From: Eledone cirrhosa
Taxonomy: Eukaryota
Assembly: GCA_964016885.1 (NCBI GenBank)
Contig: OZ024740.1
Span: 42,222,001-42,286,000 of the forward strand
DNA: 64,000 nucleotides
Direction of reading: 5' to 3'
Under the pieces are notes generated by a model. It worked only from the letters and a program-made list of their open reading frames with translations. It did not search any database and was not told where the DNA came from. The translations under genes were made by a program, and so were the position numbers. This document shows, piece by piece, positions 53,588 to 64,000 of this stretch. Every line of letters begins with the position of its first letter. Position 1 is the stretch's first letter.

Positions 53588-53661
53588 TCACGACACATGT
53601 TTCAATAAGAGATAGATCGATTGTGAATCCATGATCGATTATTACTGATCTCATCAGGTGA
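53588..53661 (-). ncRNA. Hammerhead ribozyme (family H), left arm of palindrome 53573-53887
   Basis: Mirror of 53799-53872. Confidence 0.7.
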
Positions 53662-53798
53662 AAATGAATTGTCTTCAAATTCTTGATATGAGGGAGAAAA
53701 ATAACGATGTTCTCTCACAGAATTATGAGGGAATGAATTCTGTGAGAGAACGTCGTTATTTTTCTCCCTCATATCAAGAATTTGAAGACAATTCATTT

Positions 53799-53872
53799 TC
53801 ACCTGATGAGATCAGTGATAATCGATCATGGATTCACAATCGATCTAACTCTTATTGAAACATGTGTCGTGA
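53799..53872 (+). ncRNA. Hammerhead ribozyme (family H), right arm
   Basis: tcac CTGATGA [47 nt with atcgat/atcgat pairing] GAAAC atgt GTC gtga; base of stem II is weak. Confidence 0.7.
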
Positions 53873-54047
53873 TTAAATGATTGGAATTTTACCTTGCCTT
53901 CGGATTTTCATTTTGACACTTATACTCCGTTTTACATCATCTAGCTGTTCCATTGAATGGAATTGGAGATATACAAAAGCGTGGAGAACTTAATATTGCT
54001 AACACAAAGTTATTTTGACCATTTTACACAACCAATAATGCACCTTA

Positions 54048-54136
<89 letters not shown>

Positions 54137-54162
54137 TAAAACGTGGAGAAGGAACACACGAG

Positions 54163-54872
54163 TAAATAGGGAGAAAAAACGATTATTAGGGAGAAAAATA
54201 TTTTTTTTTCCTTTATTTCTTTCTCTTTTTTCTGGGTTAGAAAATGTTTAAAACAAAATATTTTACTTTGTGTGAAGTGTTAAGGTATTAGTTAATTTAT
54301 TTATTAATTAACAATAGCATTTATTTATTTATTTATTAATTAATTTATTTAATAATTGTCAATTACCGGTTTCAGCATTTAATGCATTATTAAGTTATGT
54401 GAGTGGGAGAGAAAAAAAAGGGGAGACTTTGTATTGGTTAAGGTGATGTTGAATATGCTTGTAAATAATATTGTTCTTTCTTTCCCGTTACCTTATCATG
54501 TTCCACATCACCCCTTTTTTTTTACATAAAAAACCTTGTTTGTAAATAATATTATTCTTTCTTTCCCATTTCAATAACATGTTCAACATCACCTTAAGCA
54601 ATACAATTTCCCCCCGTTTTTTTCTCTCCCACTCACATAATTTGATAATGCATAAAATGCTGAAACCGGTAATTGACAATTTTTAAATAAATAAATTAAT
54701 AAATCAATAAATCAATGCTATTGTTAATTAATAAATAAATTAACTAATACCTTACACTTCACACAAAGTAAAATATTTTGTTTTAAACATTTTCTAACCC
54801 AGAAAAAAGAGAAAAAACTAAAGGAAAAACATTTTTTTTTCTTCCTAATAATCGTTTTTTTCTCCCTATTTA
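54163..54872. repeat. Old diverged fold-back (~300-bp arms) with decayed hammerhead
   Basis: Arms ~54163-54480 / 54545-54872; taat TTGATAA tgca-taaaa-tgct GAAAC cg GTA attg at 54638-54675. Confidence 0.75.
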
Positions 54873-54886
54873 CATATATATATATA

Positions 54887-56411
54887 TCATCATCATCATC
54901 ATCATCATCATCATCGTTTAACGTCCATCTTCCACGCTTGCATGGGTTTGGACGGGAATGTTCCCACTTGAGGCAAGATTGGTTGTCTTGCTCGTATAGG
55001 ACTGTCTGGCGGGTTTTCTGCGGCTGGATGTCCTTCCTAACACCAACCACGTTTACAGTGTGGACTTGGAGGTTTTTACCGTGTTACCTACACGGCTACA
55101 TTACAGCGTGGACTGTGTGTTTTTTTGTCGTGACACCTACACGACCTCATTTGTTTAGGACTGGATGTTGTGGTACCAACATAACTTTACATTGAAAGGG
55201 GTGGTGTGGATGGGGTAGGGGTAGTGGGAGGGGGGTGTATTTTTGTTAGAGGTTCCTACTGACTGTAGGTTTCGCTTTGTACTTAGGCAAGGTGGGTCTT
55301 CTGTATTACTGTGTAGCGCCAAAGATCTCGGTCCAGTGACATTGTCTTGGAGAGGTGTAAGTGTGTGAGGTCGGAATTTATCAAGTCGTCCCAGGTTTTT
55401 CTGGGTCTGCCTACTCCGTGGCTACCGTCTATTTTTATCGCCCTGCACTTTTTTATACAGTTGTCGTCTTTCATGCACATCACGTGACCATACCAACGTA
55501 GTCTTCTCTCGAGTAAACAACATCTGATCCCTCTTATTCCTAATTTCTCCCTTAGTTCGTTTATGCTTTGCCGTTCACGTATATTACTATTACACATCCA
55601 GCGGAGCATGCAAGCTTCGTTCCTCTCCAGTCTGCGTATATCCTTTGCACACAATGCCCAGGTGTCACTGCCATGTAACATTGCTGTTCGTATGCAGGCA
55701 TCATACAGCCTGCCTTTCATTTTTAGAGAGAACCCTTTAGCGGCCAATAGTGGTATAAGCTCTCTGAACTTTTTCCATCCCGTTCTGACTCTAGCTACTG
55801 TACTTTCAGAGCACCCTCGACCGCTGCTGATTTTGTCACCCAGCTAAAGGAAGGTGTCCACAATTTTTATATAACCATCTGTGCAATGGAATGAGCTAGT
55901 ATTCTTTGGGTACTTGATGCTACTTATTCCACCAGAGCACCGGCCACATATAAAATCTATATTCTTAGTTAGCTTACCTGTGATCCCACTATATCTTTTA
56001 TGCACCCATACTTTGCATTTGGGACATAAAAAGGAGTTTCTGCCTACTCCTTTCCTACACACTGAGCATGGCCATTTCCCAGATGGAACCGGTGCCCTAT
56101 TTTCCTTCCTACAAACTAGAACTTTAGTCTTAGACAGGTTAATTTTAAGGCCTTTTGATTCTAGGCCATGCTTCCATGTTTGGAATTTCTTTTCTAGTTC
56201 GGCCATTGATTCAGCTATGAGCGTTAGATCATCTGCGTATAGGAGTTCCCATGGGCAGCCGGTCTTGAACTCCTCCGTTATAGCCTGAAGGGCAATAATA
56301 AATAGTAGGGGGCTAAGAACGGAGCCCTGATGAACACCAACCTTTACGCTAAACTCTTCACTATATTCGTTGTTAATTCTAACCTTGCTGACTGTTTCTT
56401 TATACATGGCT
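54887..56411 (-). mobile_element. RTE-clade LINE 3' half with Cys-rich insertion after the RT core, ending in a (GAT)n tail (last ~300 bp may be an RTE-dependent SINE)
   Basis: GVHQGSVLSPLLF, LYADDL, CSVC..CPKC..H..CGRC, RRLRWYGH, GRPRKTW. Confidence 0.88.
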
Positions 56412-56689
56412 TATATATATATATATATATAGGAGGGTCATGCTGCAAATAAACACACACGCACCTGTTTGTTGTCACTTCAATTTATTACAAATTTCCA
56501 TTTGGTTAGTTTAATAACCAGAAGGTTGTTTATTTGTTTATTGTCAAAGCTCTTTCCCCGAACACTCTGTGACCTTCTCAGTGACTAATTTATTATTTTG
56601 TGTCTCTCCGTTGTTCTGTCTTACAAGATCTTGTTTTTATCGTAGCTGCACTGAAATACATGAAAGGTGACATAGAGTATAAATGAAGA

Positions 56690-59390
56690 GACAGACAGTT
56701 CGGCACTATCTCGGTGCTGTTCAAAACCGCGGCCTTTGCTATTAAACACTCGGTGGCCCTTGTAGAACGGATCGCATAATGATGTATGCGTCTCACGCGA
56801 GCAAGAGGACAGTAAAGGTATGCATTCCCATTATTTCTCCAGGACTGAAATTATGGAGGCTCCTGGGATGCATGGTCGAAGAAGGTACAGATACTACCAT
56901 CATAGACGTAAGAAAACCGGGATCGGTTTGGAGATTCTTCTCCAAACCAAACGAACTGAAAAACATACCGGATCATGTGTGCTTTCAGGGCGGGTCCACC
57001 ATACAGTTGGTCACTGAGGGTAAAAGGCCACACTACTTCGTCTGCGGCGAAACAGCCCCTGCGAGCCTTCTGTTCTCAGCTCCAAAATGTAGGGGACCGC
57101 AAGTGTCCGTTTCTGAAAACGCCAGTGCCGAGACGTAAAACGCCACAACCACTAGCAGCAACAACACCAAGCATTAAAACCAACCTCTTTTCCGAAATTA
57201 ATACACACATAAACACACAGATAAAGACAATCACTCAATCATCAGAAAATAACACAGAGTCCGCGTCTTCGCTACTAGAAGACGAGGGACAACCAAAGAA
57301 GGTAACAAAAACAAAAACGCAAACACAAGAAAAAGACCCCCCCCCCCCAAAAAAAAAAAATCTCCAATCGCAGACATCACACTCACATCAAACACAGACA
57401 CATCCAAAGCAACACCAACAACACCATCACCACCAGAATCACCCAAACGCAAACAAGTGCAACCACAAAAAAGCAAAGCCCACAAAACGTCATGCTTATC
57501 AGAAGGGCCAACAAGGGATTGATGGCATTCATAGCTTGGAGACAAGAAATTGAGAAGGAGGAGATATTTAGAACGAGCATATCTCGGGTACCAGAAGATT
57601 TACTATAGGTACGAATGTCACTCGATAACTACAAAAGAATTAGGGAGAGCTTTCGTCGGGAAGTGGGAACTCCGAATGTTAGGCCAACAAGCAGACTGAT
57701 TAAGGGATTCCAACCAAATTTGGAGGTGGAACTACTTGACTTCCACAAGCCCCTTAGGAGGTAAGTAGGACTTTCTTTTCTTATTTATCCTGCCAAAATA
57801 GCAATCTTAAGATTTGTATTATTAAATGTGTTATCCTGGAGGCTGGCTCACTTACTGAACGACCTCAGATCATTAGATACACACGCACTAACCCACATCT
57901 TAGACGATGTTTGCATCTCTTAGTGGGTAGCGAATTGGAACTGGGGTGGCAGTGTTGTTTAGGAAAGGGCTGAATCTCGAGGTAAGTTGGTGGTCCTGGG
58001 CGTGAACAATAGCGAAGGTGGTGCCTTAGACTGAGGCCGGACTGCCGGATTTCTTTAGGTGCCTGGAAGCCTTTCTGAGAACGTGTCACTCTTTACTGTT
58101 AGTGGGTAACTGTACAGCCTCTTAGACGCACGCCGGGATTGTGTGGTAGTAGCTGATAGGAGCAGGGTTTGGTGTGGTGGTGGTGCAAAAACCTCAAGCA
58201 CTTGATCAGCCAGTTCCAACTGTCATACAGGTACCGACTAATGCGGCAGTGTGGACCTGGACCAACCGGATAGGATCATCTAGATCGTATATAGATAGTT
58301 TTTTATTGGATCATTAGATAAGGATAGTATAGGTTGTCCACATTTTCAAACGGGCGTTTATTCAGGTCATAATTGGGATCTGTATGGTCGACCTAGATAG
58401 GACACGTAGGTTAGGACCTCGTTACTGGAAGCAGAACATTTCGTTCCCGGCACGTAAAGCTTAAAGGGACCGGGTCACCACATTAGTTAATTGTAAGTTG
58501 ACCGGAGAGGAGGTCGTTAACAACAGGTGTGAGGGTGGGCTCTCAAGAGACAGATTAGAGTAATGTCGTTATGCTTTAATAAAAAAGTAGTGCTTGAAAA
58601 ATTGAAAGAAGGAGCTGGTAGCCAATCCATGCTGTTTAACAGTGTCGTCGGACGCTGGACGGACGGACCGGTGAAGTTGCTCGTGGTCTGGTGCGGATCA
58701 GACCTCCAGGTGGATAAGAACTGGGACGATGTGATGAGCAGGGTGGCTATTCCCGAAAGGTCGGGTGGAGGTGGTGAATGCGTACATCGCACCCGACATT
58801 TACTACTGCCTAACCGTTGTGCTTTGCCCCCGTTCGCACCTCACTGAATTGGAATGTCTGTTCTACTTTTGTGGAAGGCACAGGTTCCATTGGTGAGGCG
58901 GTCCATCTGCTTCAAGCACCATCTACATGGAGGCCTGGGCACTGGCCGTTAATGCGCAAACATGCGCTGAAACTACGGCATCTTTAGATATTCTTAAACG
59001 TATTCTTAAACGTAGCTCGTCTTTTTGACTGAGCAAGTACGACGACGTTCTTTGATAGTCTCTGGGTGTCGAGTAAATCAAACTAACCAGTGTGTTCCGG
59101 AGCACATTTGAGCCAGGGACTATGGCTAACTTCCAGAAATACCTCTCTTGGTAGTGCTATAGGGGTGGGGCATTCCAGGTTCGAGATAAACTCTAAAGGC
59201 ACGGAAATGCTGTCAGACAGGCCAGTTCGAGATGCACGCAGAGCGACGAAACCGTTCCGCACGTACTCGTCCAATGTCCCTGCATTACTAACTTGTGGAA
59301 TTATGTTGAACAGCTGTTGTCGCGTATAGGACGTGTCCGGCTATCGACCGAGTCAAAATGAAGATCGCTCCGTCGCCTTCTGTTGGCCGC
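56690..59390 (+). pseudogene. Highly degenerate, internally deleted Tx1 copy
   Basis: EGKRPHYFVCG (ORF1 knuckle remnant), APE remnants, VVGRWTDGPVKLL, zinc-finger-region remnants. Confidence 0.82.
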
Positions 59391-59654
59391 GTTTAAAAGC
59401 TGATGAGTGTATTTAAATGTTTGTGTGACATCCTTTCGTCCTTTTAATTCCTTTTATCTTTTCTTCTTATCAATTCTCCGAGCCAACATAATTCTAGCCG
59501 CTGATTTTTATCCTTTGAGGTGAATTTTACCCGACGCTATCATTGATGGCATTTTTCTGTTTTAACAGCTTCCTTGCGTTGAGGTTTCCCATTATCCTAC
59601 GAATTCTAATACATTCGCGTCTCAAACTCGATATTCGAGTTAACTTTATATATA

Positions 59655-59699
<45 letters not shown>

Positions 59700-59719
59700 G
59701 TATATATATACAATAATAT

Positions 59720-59783
<64 letters not shown>

Positions 59784-62700
59784 GCACGAGCGTCTGTGTG
59801 CTTTTTATGCACAGAATAAAAACATTGACGCATATATAGTAATAGACATATACAGAAAGACCCATTCACGTATTCCCATACAAACAAACCTAGAATATAT
59901 TTCATGAATTATACAGAAGAGTTAAGAGATAAGATCTAGCCAAACGAATAAGCATAAAACCATACCAACCAACAAACGTAACAAAACAAAACGGTTGAAA
60001 AAAGTTTATGAGTTTTAGAAAGCGTATCTTGAAAGAATACGGGAATGTCATTGTTAACTCACTACTGGGGCGGCATTCACTCCCGACGACAATAATATTT
60101 TGAATAATTTAGAAGCACAAGCAAGAAGAAGAGGTGGAGAGAGGGAAGGTGAAGTAAAGAAGTGAGAACTGGAGAATAGAAAAAGAGAAAGATGCAGGAA
60201 AACAATCATTGTGCATAAAAAACAAACATGGTGAATACAATCATCTAAAGAATTGTGTGAAAAAAGAAGGAAAGCAAGAGATTTGATTTCTTTACTCAAT
60301 TACAAAGCTGTCCTTTTCCTCATTTGTGTAACACACGACTTGATAGCGTTGTGAACATTAAAAGGGCCATTTCAGCAGGAAGTAAGGTATATCGTACAGT
60401 AACTATTAGTAAAAGTAAAAAGTAAATATGTTTTGACAACCAAAATGCAATAAAACAAAGATTCAATAAAATGTGTGTGTGTATATTGAAATAATGTGTC
60501 GGATTAAAATAGGTACGCACATATTTCTTCGTGTCGTAAGGGACGTCTAAATGGGTTGGTGTTAGGCCGTAAAACATTGTCTCATGATTCGTATGAATAC
60601 ATACTAACACCTGCTTTAATTTGGAAAATGGCTTTTATATATTCAGTGAAAGTGCATGGCTTGGTGATTAGGACGTTGGGCTCATGATCGTAAGGTTGTG
60701 TCTTCGATACACGACAGTGCATTGTCTCCTCGACCAAGACATCGTTTTTTAAATTGCTCCAGTTTACTCAACTGGTAAAAATGAGTTGTATCTGTTATTC
60801 AAAGGGCAAGTCTTGTCGCACATTGTGTCATACAGAATCCCGTTACTTTTGTCATCGGTTTTGCTAAGATAGAGACTATTAATAACCTACCTAAAATTGA
60901 TATTATTAATGTTCTATTTCAACGTTTGAACTAGGCTGAAAAGAAAAATAGACGAAAAAAAATTTCACACCACTTCAGTTTTAGGGAGAACTTGGATAAA
61001 ATAAAATGTTTATGGCTTATTCAAAAGAGTCAGAGTAATGTTTATGAACATTTGCAGTCTACCCGAAACTAGCGGGTTGCTAGAGTAATATGCAGGCACC
61101 ATGATATTGACGCCTGATAATAGAGACCTGATTCAAATATATGCAGCAGAGTGAACTCCACAGATCGATTAGTAGTGTTAAACTGGGCGATGGATTATAA
61201 CCTGATCAGCTTTACTAATGTTTCTAGGTCGGCATACGGCTACATTAGGAGACACCCAAGTATCGGGCAGCCTAATCGAACTTCCTAGTCATGCCTGATG
61301 AGAACAAGAGGTGAGGAGAGTTATCACAAAAGAGACGACAGCCAAATAGTTGTAGGTGTTAGGAATGTGGTTAAATGATACAGAGTAAGAAAACTTAAAC
61401 GACGATTGGATACCAGTTGTTGAAGTAGCAGTATAAGATATTTAAAACAATGGGGTTATATGATAAAGAGAGAATTTAAATGAGGATTAGGTACCAGTCG
61501 TTGTAGTAGCAGTATAGGATTTAGAAAACAATGGAGCTATATGATACAGAGAGAACTTAAAAGAGGGTTAGCTAACAGTGGTTGTTGTAGCAATATAAGA
61601 TACAAAACTATGATAGAAATAGAAGTTAGGAAAATGGTTGATTGATGTTTTGTCTGTCGGGCGAACATTTATTTCTTTAGATGTTCTTCAGAATATGCGT
61701 GTTTAGGATAATTATATGAATCTTTTATGTGTAGAAACGAAATTATTAAATAGATCAAGTGTTGTTTTGATTTTGATTTTAAAAGCACTGCAGATGTTTC
61801 ATGGAGTTTCTGAATAGAATATTTTATTCTATTTACTTGAATTTATTGATATTGCTGTTGGTATTGTGTAGCAATTCAGCTGCGGCCATTGTGTCATACA
61901 GGTTTACAGACACAATGTATCTAGGATGACATAAACCAATGCTTGTGCTCTTCCTTTTTAGAATATAGGGAGTAATTTGATATTCCTAGTTCATCGATTG
62001 ACAATGTAGTGGTGTCGGGAATAGCAGATTTCATGAAATAATATCATTAAGACTGATCACCCATTGATGGGTTGTTTTGATCACAAAAGGCCTAACAATT
62101 TCCTTTATTGAACACGTTAGTGTATAGAGTAAATATTTATGCAGTCGCAATAATAATAAACTAGACACTATCTTAATACACAATGTTAAAACTAAATTTA
62201 GTTTCAAATAATAGTGATTAAGCTACTTAGATCAAATATTTGTATTTTATACTTGGCGTTTCATAATCCTATTTATACATCAATAAGTGCTTATTTATAT
62301 AACCATGGATCGGGGAGATTGCAGGTTGTGAGATTTGTTAGTATTATTGGTTTTCCCTCAAGACAATAGATGTACGTGTGAAGAACAGTTCTAAAGTGTG
62401 TTGCAGTACAGGATGAGCGTGTGGAGAAATTATCTTTTAAGTGCAATAGAAGAATAAAATACTTGATATCAGACACTTGGAAAAATATTGACATCTTTCA
62501 AAACTTTGTTGTTTTAATATGATTTTAAATATCTGCTGACAGGCATTTACTTTTAAATGAGCTGTTGTATACTTCTTAATGAGATTCGAAGATAATGAGA
62601 ATAAAAAGCATTTAGAAATAATTCTTGTGACGAAATCAGTAGAGCGTCTAACTTTTGTATTACAGCATTTAAGTCCAGTGTTATTTTAAATTCTGAGCTA

Positions 62701-64000
62701 AATTCAGCCCGTTCTCTATAAAATTAAATCAATATCAGTGAAGAACAGGCATTGATTTAATTCATACCACATTTATGAGTTTAAGTAAAGCTAGAAATTG
62801 GCATATGGAATGTTGACAAGCGTTGGCAGTTCTCTATTAGTCGGGTAATATAGTAAGGGACAGGCCAGCTCTTGCATTATATAAAGGATTAAGGATAGGT
62901 AAGAACGTCGACATTAACGCAGAGGTTTAAGAGTCGATGAAGATCAACAGAACAGTTGATTCCCAAGGACGTTCAGCTCTTTAGCTCAAATATTATGAAA
63001 AGAGCAATGGAAATGGTATTAGGAGTCATTGTAGGTTCCGGATTAAGTCAACTGACACAGAAGTGATGGCAATCGGGACTGTCCAAGGTGTGATTAGAGC
63101 AACGAAATCATTTTGCATACACTTATGCTGTGCCCAAGCACCTATGAAATCATTTCAAACACCAGTAGGATTCATGAAATTATCAACAGATTCCGTCGTG
63201 GTAAGCAGTTTTCGTCTGTCCAGTAACTGTGGCAAAACTGGTAAGCAGGAGAAGATTGAAAAAATGGAGGAGAGACAGGTTGAAGGGGAATATTGCACTT
63301 TATTTAATATTATTCACAGCCATTTGTGTCACTATACCCTATTGATTTTATTCGCAGTAGAATGAAATAGTATTAACTGATGTGGAAGCTTCATTACAAA
63401 ACTAAAGTCGACCAAATTGATTTAATACATGAATGGTATTGATTTCATTTTATTTGAAAATACTCAGAATAGGAGAAAATAACATAAAAGTAATAAAAAA
63501 AGTAAAACTCAATCAAACATATGGAAAAAAGTAGTATTGGAAAGGACTATAAATGCTATAAATAAGGGGAAAAGAAGGGAAAGGGCAATGAATACCAGGC
63601 ATCGAAAAAAGAGGCAAGTGGAGAGGGTGAGAGACTCTCCACCTAAGTCAGAGCGGTGTTTTAGCTGCGCCTCGCTGACAAAATGGCCAACGTATTTCTG
63701 CAGACATTAGCCAGCGACATCCTCTGCAACAGCTAATCCACCTTAATAAAGATACAAATCGACTATAGCTGGATCATCACTCAGAGCATAAAGAGACACC
63801 ACTAAATACCACAGGTTCGATGCAACTAAATCGTATGCCCCCACTATATCCTTATACGAGGATCAAAGAACAATGCTACCTTAGTAATGCATTTATACGC
63901 CAGAATAAAGTGGGTTATAAACATAGCCATAAGAAACCTTTATAATAAAATCTTCTACTGCAACATGACAACTCTGTTAAGAAAATAATGAAACTCATAA

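Noticed and set aside
62900-64000. Possible very old RTE remnant on minus
   Set aside because: Only faint motif resemblance; not supportable by eye

Overview
Eukaryotic, AT-rich, microsatellite-dense DNA with no recognisable host protein-coding gene. The SINE/LINE repertoire and (TA)n/(CA)n load look like an octopus genome (inference). The window is a retroelement nest: four L1-Tx1 copies (one near-intact, 40.6-46.3 kb, with stacked 3' duplicates), a CR1-type LINE with CCCH fingers, two Dong/R4 elements inside one (TATG)n tract, CRE and RTE fragments, three Penelope-like (PLE) coding remnants, many tRNA-derived SINEs and a few MITEs. The main signal is not in the ORF track. About 16 minimal type-I hammerhead ribozyme motifs (stem I-CUGANGA-stem II-GAAA-mostly palindromic helix III-NUH), from roughly nine unrelated short repeat families, sit mostly between (TA)n tracts. 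Many are in fold-back palindromes that often turn inside or next to the ribozyme. One family forms a 537-bp head-to-tail, retrozyme-like array, and several carry an octamer(+TATA) or CCAAT motif at a similar distance upstream of the core. Hammerheads in PLE pseudo-LTRs are established knowledge; the fold-back geometry, promoter spacing and this specific array are my inferences from manual reading and need computational and experimental confirmation.
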